This document shows, piece after piece, positions 46,609 through 54,978 of a stretch of 64,000 nt of DNA. The number at the start of each line of letters is the position of its first letter. Position 1 is the stretch's first letter. Position numbers and translations under genes: made by a program. Where the stretch lies: NCBI GenBank assembly GCA_016176685.1, contig JACOWS010000002.1, positions 30,608-94,607 on the forward strand, written 5' to 3'. Source of the stretch: Patescibacteria group bacterium (lineage in GTDB: Bacteria; Patescibacteriota; Minisyncoccia; Phycocordibacterales; SBAW01). The notes under the pieces are model-generated. The model was not told the origin of the DNA and searched no databases. It saw nothing but the letters and a program-made list of their open reading frames with translations.

Positions 46609-47694
46609 CTAGCTTATGAGGCGGGTAATATCGTGGAAAGACACCAGCACCATAAGAGCGATGAGTAGCGCGAAGCCGCCCACGGTAAACCACAAGGTTA
46701 ACCGCTCCGGCAGGGGGCGGCGCGTCACACTTTCTATAAAGATAAAAAATAGCCGGCCGCCGTCGAGCCCCGGTATCGGCAAAATATTTAAAAGCGCCAG
46801 GTTTATTGAAATGAGCGCGGTTAGGGTTACCGCCGCGGCAAACCCGCTTGCGACCGCGCGGCTGCCTATGCCGGCTATCCCGATGGGCCCGGCGATGTCG
46901 GCAAAGTTTCCCGCACCGATGAAGAGCCCCGAAAAAAACTCTGCAAGACCTTCCGCCGTGGCGAGAGTCATGCGGTAGGTCAAGATACCGCCCTCAAGTA
47001 GCGCCAGGTGGGGCGGCAAGGTAAGCACGCCGACATCGTCGAGGTTGATGCCCACCGCCTTGCGCCCGGGCACCAGTCCCGCTTCCGCTTTTGCCAAAAA
47101 GTGCTCCTCGGCGCCGTCGCGCAGTACCGTAAATACGATGCTTTCTTCCTGATGCTCTGTTATAAACGTTTGTACCTCGGCCGAGGAAGCGCCTTGGTGG
47201 AGTGCCGCGCTACCGGTGTCGATATTTTCAACTACATCGCCCGGCAAAAGCCCGGCACGCGCCGCAGGCGAGTCCGGGAAAACGCCCACGACGGTAGCGC
47301 GTACATCGGTGACAGCGCCAAACCCGACATGCTCCGCCGAGGTCGGAAGCCCCGCCAGGTAGCCCGCGGAAAGCACCAACCAGGCAAATAGTATATTCAT
47401 CACGATGCCGGCCGCGATGACTGCCGCCTGCTTGGGCCGGGACTTGCTTGCAAATGCGCGCGGATTGCTTCCCGCCTCATCTTTTCGTTCGCCAAAAATG
47501 CGCACAAAACCGCCAAAAAACAGCAAGTTTATAGAGTAGCGGGTTTCGCCCAATTGGAGCGAGAGTAGACGCGGCGGGAAGCCGATGCCGAACTCCTCCA
47601 CCTTTATACCAAAAAGTTTTGCCGCAAAAAGGTGCCCGAACTCGTGCACGACAATAAGCCCGGTCAATATGAGTATAAATATGAGAAGCGACAT
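46609..47694 (-). CDS. rseP: RIP metalloprotease RseP (site-2 protease, M50) with PDZ domain
   Basis: 'HEFGHLFAAKLFGI' HExxH and 'NILPIPGLDGG' LDG motif. Confidence 0.85.
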   Translation of the reverse strand: MSLLIFILILTGLIVVHEFGHLFAAKLFGIKVEEFGIGFPPRLLSLQLGETRYSINLLFFGGFVRIFGERKDEAGSNPRAFASKSRPKQAAVIAAGIVMNILFAWLVLSAGYLAGLPTSAEHVGFGAVTDVRATVVGVFPDSPAARAGLLPGDVVENIDTGSAALHQGASSAEVQTFITEHQEESIVFTVLRDGAEEHFLAKAEAGLVPGRKAVGINLDDVGVLTLPPHLALLEGGILTYRMTLATAEGLAEFFSGLFIGAGNFADIAGPIGIAGIGSRAVASGFAAAVTLTALISINLALLNILPIPGLDGGRLFFIFIESVTRRPLPERLTLWFTVGGFALLIALMVLVSFHDITRLIS

Positions 47695-47698
47695 AGTG

Positions 47699-48250
47699 CT
47701 AGGCGGCTATCTCCTTTTCCTTGCGTGCCAGCGCCTCGTCAAAGAGCTTGTTGGCCGCATCAACGCGTTTTTGCATTTCGTCTTTGGCGCGGAACTTGTC
47801 ATCTTCCGCCATTTTTTTGTCTTTTTCCTGCTTTTGGATGTCGTTCCATGCATCGTCTCGCGCCGCCCGCAGCTCTTTGCGCACATCTTCAACCTTTTCT
47901 TTTGCGAGCTTCAGCAGCATAGTGCGGCGCTCGGAGGTAAGCTCGGGGAAAAAGACGCGCACACCTTTTTCGTCGCTCCCGACCGAGAGTCCCAAATTTG
48001 CCACGGTGATGGCCTTTTCTATTTCCTTGCCTAAGCTGTGGTCCCACGGGGTAATGCGCAATGTCCGCGCATCCTCAACGGAAATAGTTGCCACCTGCGG
48101 CAAGGTCATCCGCGAACCAAAAGACTCCACGGTAACGCCGTCCAGTATTGCCGGTGTGGCGCGCCCAGTGCGCACGCCCGCAAGCTCTTTGCCGAGCCGC
48201 TCGACTATATCTGCAACACGCTTTCCGAATGGTTTAAAGTCGTATGCCAT
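47699..48250 (-). CDS. frr: Ribosome recycling factor
   Basis: Full-length RRF similarity ('...RTGRATPAILDGVTVE...'). Confidence 0.9.
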   Translation of the reverse strand: MAYDFKPFGKRVADIVERLGKELAGVRTGRATPAILDGVTVESFGSRMTLPQVATISVEDARTLRITPWDHSLGKEIEKAITVANLGLSVGSDEKGVRVFFPELTSERRTMLLKLAKEKVEDVRKELRAARDDAWNDIQKQEKDKKMAEDDKFRAKDEMQKRVDAANKLFDEALARKEKEIAA

Positions 48251-48263
48251 CGCTTTTAGTATA

Positions 48264-48926
48264 TCAAACTCTAAATTTTTTTGCCGCCTTGGAATATGTC
48301 TTTACCAGTGGGTCTTGGCTTGTGTCGTAGCGCCTCGCGGGTGCCAGGTATCGGCCGTAGTGTATGACCCGGTTTGAAAAAGAGCCCCACTCTTTTTTGG
48401 GCAAGAGCTGCATTAAGTCTTTTTCAATCTTGACAGGGTTGCGGTGGTTTGAGAGGTCAAACCGGTGCACAAAACGTATCATGTGTGTGTCCACGGTAAC
48501 CCCCGCGACAGTGCCATATACCTCTTGCAAAACCACGTTGGCGGTTTTGCGCGCCACACCCGGCAACAGCAAAAGCTCTTCCATAGTGCGCGGCACCGAG
48601 CCCTTAAACTTGGCCTTAACCATTTTGGCCGCGGCCAAAATGGTTTTTGTTTTATTGCGATAAAAGCCGCTAGACTTTATGTCTTGCTCAAATGCGCGCG
48701 GCCGTGCCAGTACATACGCTTCGAGTGTTTTATATTTTTTAAAAAGCTTCTTTGTAATTTTGTTGACCATTTTGTCAGTGCACTGCGCAGAAAGTTGCAC
48801 CGCCACCACAAGCTCCCATGGGGTATGGTAGGTAAGTTCTATTTCCGCATTGGGAAAAAGCTTTTTAAGCGCCCGGTTGAGTTTTTGTATCCGCACCTTT
48901 CTTTCTTTAAATATTTTAGGATTCAT
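48264..48926 (-). CDS. nth: Endonuclease III (Nth, HhH-GPD) lacking the C-terminal [4Fe-4S] cysteine ligands
   Basis: HhH 'LPGVARKTANVV' (catalytic Lys) and 'VDTHMIRF' (Asp). There are no Cys residues in the C-terminal 60 aa. Start chosen at MNPKIF; the upstream extension is read-through of the hairpin element. Confidence 0.8.
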   Translation of the reverse strand: MNPKIFKERKVRIQKLNRALKKLFPNAEIELTYHTPWELVVAVQLSAQCTDKMVNKITKKLFKKYKTLEAYVLARPRAFEQDIKSSGFYRNKTKTILAAAKMVKAKFKGSVPRTMEELLLLPGVARKTANVVLQEVYGTVAGVTVDTHMIRFVHRFDLSNHRNPVKIEKDLMQLLPKKEWGSFSNRVIHYGRYLAPARRYDTSQDPLVKTYSKAAKKFRV

Positions 48927-48934
48927 ACGTATTT

Positions 48935-49012
48935 CAGCCAGCGGAGCAAAAAAAGAGGGCACTCCGGGCCGCTAGGCCAAGTCTAACCCTCTTTTTTTGC
49001 TCCGCTGGCTTG
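48935..49012 (-). repeat. Family 1 conserved-loop hairpin element, copy 6 (core variant TTAGACTTGGCCTAGCGGCCCGGAGTGC); supplies the holB-like C-terminus and TAG stop
   Basis: 25-bp arms cagccagcggagcaaaaaaagaggg / reverse complement. On the gene strand the arm plus core reads ...ASGAKKEG-TAG. Confidence 0.85.
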
Positions 49013-49699
49013 CAGTTGTGGCAAGGTAGCGGCCAAGTGCTCCAGGAGCATTTTGTAGGAGGGGGCGCGGTCGTTTGCGTAGCCGCGGATTTTTGCAATG
49101 TCTTCAAGCCCTTCTCGCACCCTACTATTCCCTTTTGCCAGGTGCGGATACATTTCCACCTCGAGCGCGTCTAAAAATGCGCGCACCGACTCGCGTAGGC
49201 CTTCGTCGTCCCCGACCGAACGACCGGAGTCGTCCGGTCGGGCGGGTTTGAGCATTTTGGCTATTTCCGCACTGCGCGCCGTTTGCGAGCTAGCAAGAAA
49301 TTTCCTGGCAAGCGCATGCTCAACAATGATGGATTTACGAAGTCCATCATTGGGGTATGGAGTCATTCTCGAGCGCAGGGTCGGTATGACCGTGCCATGT
49401 GGAGTTAACAAAACAAAGATGGTCCCCTGCTGCGGCTCTTCAAACAATTTTAAAAGCGCCTGCTGGGCTTCTATGGTCATGGTGGAAACGCCCACTACAA
49501 AAAGCGCGCGGCCCGTGGCCGACCTAAGCCCTGCCGCTTGCCGCAAGGCGCGCGCCTCGCCTATACCAAAAGTCTCTTCACTAACCACCCTAACGTCCGG
49601 GTCACCCTGTTTTGTAAAAGTAAAACGTGTACGCGCATCCTCTACGAGCCCTACAAGGTTTGAAAGAGGCCCTTCAAAAAGGTAGGCGTGGTGCTGCAT
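48983..49699 (-). CDS. holB: DNA polymerase III delta-prime subunit-like (HolB-like clamp-loader subunit)
   Basis: 'ALLKLFEEPQQGTIFVLLTPHGTVIPTLRSR' clamp-loader box; start chosen at MQHHAYLFEGP. Confidence 0.65.
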   Translation of the reverse strand: MQHHAYLFEGPLSNLVGLVEDARTRFTFTKQGDPDVRVVSEETFGIGEARALRQAAGLRSATGRALFVVGVSTMTIEAQQALLKLFEEPQQGTIFVLLTPHGTVIPTLRSRMTPYPNDGLRKSIIVEHALARKFLASSQTARSAEIAKMLKPARPDDSGRSVGDDEGLRESVRAFLDALEVEMYPHLAKGNSRVREGLEDIAKIRGYANDRAPSYKMLLEHLAATLPQLQASGAKKEG

Positions 49700-49710
49700 G
49701 TACGCAGTAT

Positions 49711-49795
49711 AGCGAAGCAAAAACCCTTTGCGAAGGAGTAGGGTTCCCGTTCATCTCTCCTTTGCAAAGGGTTTTTGAGCAGTTTACCGCTTCGC
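49711..49795. repeat. Family 2 conserved-loop hairpin, copy B (loop GGAGTAGGGTTCCCGTTCATCTCTCC; inner 13-bp stem plus outer 7-bp stem)
   Basis: aaaaaccctttgc / gcaaagggttttt plus gcgaagc / gcttcgc. It lies between the mreB-2 stop (-) and the holB-like start (-). Confidence 0.8.
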
Positions 49796-50797
49796 TATGA
49801 TTGCTTTTTTGTAGGAGTCGAGGTGCTCGAGTGCCACCCCGGTGCCGCGCACCACGCAAAACAGCGCGTCTTCTGCCAATTGGGCTTTGACCCCGGTGCG
49901 GCGCAGAACCAGCTCGGGAAAGTTGCGCAGTTGCGAGGTGCCGCCCGTCATGGTTATGCCGCGGTCTATTATGTCGGCGGCCAACTCCGGCGGCGTTTCT
50001 TGCAGTACGTTGCGTATCGCTTTGATAATTTCGCGCAGCTCTTTGCCCATGGCGCGCACCACGTCGTTGGTCTTGAGCTCAAACTGACGCGGGAGCCCCG
50101 ATACAAAGTCGCGGCCGCGTACCTGCATGGCCAGCTCGTCTTCGACCGGCACGGCGGAGCCTATTTCTATTTTTATCCGCTCGGCGGTCTTTTCGCCTAT
50201 GCCGAGGTTATAGGTCTTCTTTACAAAATCGGCTATCGCGTGGTCGAGCCGGTCTCCCGCACACTTCACCGAGGTGGAGGCGACAATGCCTCCCAAGGAA
50301 ATTACCGCCACGTCGGTGGTGCCGCCGCCGATGTCAACCACCATGTTGCCGCGCGCCTCTTGTATGGGAATCCCTGCACCAATGGCCGCGAGTACCGGCT
50401 CTTTAACCACATAGGCGGCGCGGGCGCCGGCGCGTATCGTCGCCTCTACCACCGCGCGCCGCTCGGTCGAGGTCACCCCGGCGGGGACCGACACCATCAC
50501 CTCGGGGCGAAATAGTTGGAAGCGTCCCATTGCTTTGCGTATAAAGTAGCGCAGCATCGCCTGGGTCACGCGGTAGTCGGCAATAACACCGTCTTTAAGC
50601 GGCCGGTAGGCGATGATTTCCTCCGGCGTGCGGCCTATCATCTCCTTCGCTTCAACCCCGACCGCTAGGATGCGTTTGTCGACGTCGGAAATAGCTACCA
50701 CGGAGGGCTCGTTTAAAATAACTCCCCTCCCCGGCGCGAACACCAGGGTGTTGGCGGTGCCGAGGTCAATACCGAGTTTTGGGTTAAAGAAAGACAT
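49784..50797 (-). CDS. mreB: Rod shape-determining protein MreB (paralog 2, Mbl-like)
   Basis: 'LGIDLGTANTLVFAPGRG...' full-length actin-like ATPase. Confidence 0.9.
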   Translation of the reverse strand: MSFFNPKLGIDLGTANTLVFAPGRGVILNEPSVVAISDVDKRILAVGVEAKEMIGRTPEEIIAYRPLKDGVIADYRVTQAMLRYFIRKAMGRFQLFRPEVMVSVPAGVTSTERRAVVEATIRAGARAAYVVKEPVLAAIGAGIPIQEARGNMVVDIGGGTTDVAVISLGGIVASTSVKCAGDRLDHAIADFVKKTYNLGIGEKTAERIKIEIGSAVPVEDELAMQVRGRDFVSGLPRQFELKTNDVVRAMGKELREIIKAIRNVLQETPPELAADIIDRGITMTGGTSQLRNFPELVLRRTGVKAQLAEDALFCVVRGTGVALEHLDSYKKAIIAKR

Positions 50798-50829
50798 ACG
50801 GAGTGTTGCTATGGTACGCTATTTAAGCT

Positions 50830-52149
50830 ATGCAGACAACGCTCAATTTTAATATTGAGGGCGGGAGGAAGTTGCACGGGACCATCGAGATAAACTCCTC
50901 CAAAAACGGCGCGGTGGCGCTTTTGTGCGCCTCGCTCCTTAACCGCGGCATTACCACGCTAACCCGCGTGCCAAAAATAGAAGAGGTTAACCGTCTTATA
51001 GAGGTACTGCTCTCTATTGGGGTTGGGGTGGAGTGGCACGGAAGCACCGTTACCATCACCCCGCCAAAAAAATTTACACTTGGCGCGATAGACCGCGCGG
51101 CCGCAGAGAAAACCCGCAGTATTTTGATGTTTACCGGGGCGCTGGTCCACTCGCTCGCCTCTTTCTCGCTCCCGCAGGCGGGCGGTTGCAAGCTGGGCTC
51201 TCGCACGGTGCGCCCACACCTCTTTGCGCTCCAAAAGTTTGGCGTGGCGATAAAAACCACCAGAAGCTTGTGGCGGGTTACGCGCTCGAACTTGCACCGG
51301 GGAGAGGTGGTGATGTACGAGTCCGGCGACACCGCAACCATCAATGCGCTTTTATGTGCCGCCGGAATACCGGGTAAAAGCGTCATCAAGTATGCCTCGG
51401 CAAACTACCAGGTGCAGGAGGTGTGTTTTTTCCTCCAAAAACTCGGCATACAAATAGAAGGGGTGGGCACTACGACGCTAGTGGTCAATGGCAAAAAAGT
51501 AATCAAAAAAAACGTCGCCTATTCCGTGAGCGAGGACCCGACGGATGCGATGTTTTTTCTCGCGGCGGCAATAGTGACCAACTCTTCTATCACCATACGC
51601 CGCTGCCCAATAGACTTTTTAGAGCTCGAACTTTTGGTGTTGGAAAAGATGGGCTTTTGCTACCACATACTGCGGCGCTACAAAGGTCGCGGAGGGCGCG
51701 TACATTTGGTTGATATAAAAACCTTCCCTGGCTCGCTCATTGCGGCGCCGGAAAAAATCGCCGCGCGCCCCTACCCGGGGCTCAATATGGACAATCTGCC
51801 GTTTTTTGCGGTCATCGCCACCCAAGCTAAGGGCACCACGCTTATACATGACTGGGTGTACGAAAAGCGCGCACTGTACTTTACCGAGCTCGACAAGCTG
51901 GGCGCCACCACGCTTTTGGCCGACCCGCACCGCATCTACATCACCGGCAAGACTCCGCTAAAGCCCGCCGACCTGGTGTGCCCGCCGGCATTGCGGCCTG
52001 CAACCATTTTGCTTATCGCGATGCTCGCGGCGCCCGGCCGCTCGACCCTGCGCAACGTCTACAGCATCAACCGCGGGTACGAGGGGCTCGCTTTAAAGCT
52101 TTCTTCTTTGGGGGCGCGGGTGGAGCTGGTTGAGGAGTCTCACCCGTAG
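50830..52149 (+). CDS. murA: UDP-N-acetylglucosamine 1-carboxyvinyltransferase MurA
   Basis: EPSP-synthase fold; 'KLHGTIEINSSKNGAVALLCASLL' N-terminus. Confidence 0.9.
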   Translation: MQTTLNFNIEGGRKLHGTIEINSSKNGAVALLCASLLNRGITTLTRVPKIEEVNRLIEVLLSIGVGVEWHGSTVTITPPKKFTLGAIDRAAAEKTRSILMFTGALVHSLASFSLPQAGGCKLGSRTVRPHLFALQKFGVAIKTTRSLWRVTRSNLHRGEVVMYESGDTATINALLCAAGIPGKSVIKYASANYQVQEVCFFLQKLGIQIEGVGTTTLVVNGKKVIKKNVAYSVSEDPTDAMFFLAAAIVTNSSITIRRCPIDFLELELLVLEKMGFCYHILRRYKGRGGRVHLVDIKTFPGSLIAAPEKIAARPYPGLNMDNLPFFAVIATQAKGTTLIHDWVYEKRALYFTELDKLGATTLLADPHRIYITGKTPLKPADLVCPPALRPATILLIAMLAAPGRSTLRNVYSINRGYEGLALKLSSLGARVELVEESHP

Positions 52150-52510
52150 GGCTACGACCGAGGGTGTGCTTTTTAGGATTTATTTCCCACCAGAACTTTT
52201 TTGAGAAATTAGACGCTTGGTCGCACACGCTTTTAAGATAGTACAGGTCTTTGGTGGGGATAGCTTGGAGTACCCGCCCCATGCGCGGCATGGTTAAGGG
52301 CAAAATGCCGTCGCGCGCGCGCGAGCGGTTGAGCGCTTGAAGAAAGTATTGCATCAGCTCGCCGCGCTCGGTGGCGCGTTCTTTTTTACTGGTGATCGCT
52401 TTGATGTGCGCCCTGATGTGCTCCACTGCTCTATTGTACCCCTTGGCGTACCTCTAGCCCGCCTATGGGCAGTAGGTTGACAAAAAACAGGCAATCGTGT
52501 AGCATACCTA

Positions 52511-52702
52511 CTAGTAGTTGCATATTTACTTCTTTCAGGTGTCTTCGGCACCCCCCGCTCTCCGAAGGCTGCCTGACTGAAGGCCGGGGGCGCTTCACAG
52601 CGGCACTCCGGCAAAAGCGGCGCGACGTCATTCCCCCCGCGTTGCGCCTGTTTCGGCCGGTTCGCTTGTCTCCCACCCAAGCGAACCGGCCTATTTTTTT
52701 AT
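52511..52702 (+). ncRNA. Candidate small RNA (about 190 nt) between a TTGACA/TAGCAT promoter (52476-52504) and a strong intrinsic terminator (52655-52702), upstream of def
   Basis: GC-rich and internally self-complementary (e.g. ggcgc...gcgcc; cttcgg tetraloops). Terminator ggccggttcgcttg...agcgaaccggcc plus T9. No convincing ORF; no match by eye to SRP, 6S or RNase P RNA. Confidence 0.4.
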
Positions 52703-52727
52703 AAAAAAATATTTTAGTATAAATAGT

Positions 52728-53261
52728 GTGAAAGCGACAAAAGACCCGATAGTGCAAAACGGCGAGGAGGTGCTGCGCCAAACCGCCGCCCCTATTGCAA
52801 AAAAAGACATCGCCTCGCGCGCAGTGCGCGGGCTTATCGCTCGGATGAAGAAAGTTTTAAACAAAGAGCCGCACGGCGTGGGGCTTGCGGCCTGCCAGCT
52901 GGGGGTGCCGCTCCAGCTGTTTATCATCTCCGGCCGCGCGTTTGTTGCTGACCACAAAAACCAAAAGCAAGAAAAAAAGCTCCCCCCCGACCTGGTGGTG
53001 ATAAACCCGGAGTTGGTTCGCAGTTCTAAAAAACAAAAAGAGATGTCGGAGGGGTGTCTTTCGGTGCGCGGCAAGTACGGCTCCGTGGTGCGGTTTGAGA
53101 AGGTGACCATACGCGCGCTAGATGAGAGCGGAAAGCCGTTTGTATACAACGCATCGGGCCTGCCGGCGCATGTTATCCAACACGAGCTCGACCACCTCCG
53201 TGGCCAACTGTTTATCGACAAAACAAAAAAACTCGAAGAGTGGGAGGATGACCATGAGTAA
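52728..53261 (+). CDS. def: Peptide deformylase
   Basis: Motifs 'GVGLAACQ', 'EGCLS' and 'HELDH'. Confidence 0.9.
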   Translation: MKATKDPIVQNGEEVLRQTAAPIAKKDIASRAVRGLIARMKKVLNKEPHGVGLAACQLGVPLQLFIISGRAFVADHKNQKQEKKLPPDLVVINPELVRSSKKQKEMSEGCLSVRGKYGSVVRFEKVTIRALDESGKPFVYNASGLPAHVIQHELDHLRGQLFIDKTKKLEEWEDDHE

Positions 53262-54129
53262 ACCCATGCCTCGATGTGCCTTTTTTGGGACGCCGCAGTT
53301 CGCGGTGCACGCTCTTAAAGCGCTTGAGGCGCAGGGGCTCTCGCCTGCGCTTGTGGTAACCGCGCCAGAGAGGCCGGCAGGCCGCGGGCTAAACCTCCAA
53401 CCATCCCCCGCAAAAGTGTGGGCCGAGGAGCGCGAGATAGATGTACTTGAGCCCTTAAGTCTTAGGGATAAGTCTTTTGTAGCCGAGCTTGGCAATACCG
53501 ACTGGGATGTGTTTGTGGTCTCGGCCTATGCCAAACTCATCCCAAAAAATATCCTTGACATCCCGCGCAAGGGCTCGCTCAACCTCCACCCATCGCTCTT
53601 GCCGAAGTTTCGCGGGCCCTCGCCGGCCGTCTCCGCCATCTTGGCAGACGAGCGCGCTACCGGCGTCTCTGTCATGCTGATGACCGAAAAGATGGACGCG
53701 GGGCCGGTTTTAGCGCAGGCCCGCATCGAGCTGGAAGAAGGTGCGGATGGGTGGCCGCCCACCGGTTCTTTTTTGGAGGAGCTCTTGGCAACCGAGGGCG
53801 GCAACCTTCTGGCGGAAATTTTGCCAGAGTGGCTCGCGGGTACCCTTACACCCGAGCCGCAGGACGAAAGCAAGGCGACGTACACACACAAGTTTAAAGA
53901 CCAAGATGCTTTGGTCGACCTCATGGGCGACGCGCGCCAAAACCTCTTAAAAATCCGTGCATTCGACCAGGGCCCGCGGGCGCATTTTTTTACAAAAGAC
54001 GGCAAGCGAGTACTCATCACCGACGCCCGCATAAGCGACAGTACTTTGGAAATCCTCAAGGTAATCCCCGAGGGGAAGCGGGAGATGTCGTATGAAGTGT
54101 TTGCCAAACGAGAAGCAACACAGAAGTGA
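53253..54129 (+). CDS. fmt: Methionyl-tRNA formyltransferase
   Basis: N-terminal formyltransferase domain 'RCAFFGTPQFAV' and C-terminal domain. ATG overlaps the def stop (ATGAGTAA). Confidence 0.9.
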
Positions 54130-54186
54130 AGAATGCGGAGCAAAACAAACTTTGCCGCCCTCCGGCAAAGTTTGTTTTGTGCAGTC

Positions 54187-54549
54187 TTAAAACCTATCGC
54201 GCAAGCCGCGTAGCATATCTTTTATAATCGCTCCGCTACGGCGCACCAGCACCAGGGCGCGCTTTTTATTGCGCCGCACCACGCGCGTAAACTCGGAGGC
54301 GGCCAAGTCTATCGCCTCGTGCATGGTATCGCCGCGCTCCTCTGCCCGGTACGTTTCGCCCCCGGCGGTGGCGGTAAACTCGGCGCGGTTCTTCTTGCCG
54401 CGCTCACCACCTAAAAACTGGAGCTCGACATCTACATGCACGGTCGAGTCCCCCGCTAAAAATTTGTCCGCCAGCTCAAGTTTGGCTTCTACATAAGCGC
54501 GCAATTCTGGAGTAATAGAGACATCGGTGCCCTTGATGTTGTAGTGCAT
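54187..54549 (-). CDS. hpf: Ribosome hibernation promoting factor / ribosome-associated inhibitor A (HPF/RaiA)
   Basis: 'MHYNIKGTDVSITPELRAYVEAKLELADKFL' sigma54-modulation-protein fold. Confidence 0.85.
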   Translation of the reverse strand: MHYNIKGTDVSITPELRAYVEAKLELADKFLAGDSTVHVDVELQFLGGERGKKNRAEFTATAGGETYRAEERGDTMHEAIDLAASEFTRVVRRNKKRALVLVRRSGAIIKDMLRGLRDRF

Positions 54550-54594
54550 AGCTCTTTTTATACTAATACTACTGCTTCTTTTTATAAGTTCCTA

Positions 54595-54894
54595 TCAGCT
54601 GTGCTTGCGCCAGGACACTGCCCTGTATTGCGGAAAGCACCTTGGGTTTTGAGGCGCCCGGCGCGAGCCCGAGCGTTGTTTTAAGTGCATAGAGTACAAA
54701 TTCTTGGTTTTGTCGCCGTCGCAGGTGTACCGGGCTGGGATAGCCCCGCCCTCGGTAAATGCACTGTTCGTAAGCTCCATACCAGTAGTATACCCGTTTG
54801 CCTGCTGTTTTGGTGCAGGGCGGCCAGCATACCACCACACTGCGGCAAACAGCGCCACAAGTACCACGAAAGTCGGCAGTGCGGCATACCTCAT
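54595..54894 (-). pseudogene. Possible truncated PEBP (YbhB/YbcL) family remnant
   Basis: Signal peptide plus 'ELTNSAFTEGGAIPARYTCDGDK' matches the PEBP N-terminal motif (FxLxSxAFxxGGxIPxxYTCDGxN). Similarity is lost after about 60 aa and a stop follows; the other frames do not continue the family. Confidence 0.35.
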
Positions 54895-54978
54895 ACATTC
54901 AAGTATACAAAAAGCGGCCGCCCGGGTGGCGGGCGACCGCGAAAGTTGTGCGGGATAGCGGTCCGCCAGCCGGCGGAC

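Noticed and set aside
52067-52426. 119-aa minus-strand ORF overlapping the 3' end of murA by 83 nt
   Set aside because: The overlap with a strongly supported gene is convergent. The C-terminal part is Pro/Lys-rich low complexity and no family was recognised, so it is probably spurious, although a short real gene cannot be excluded.
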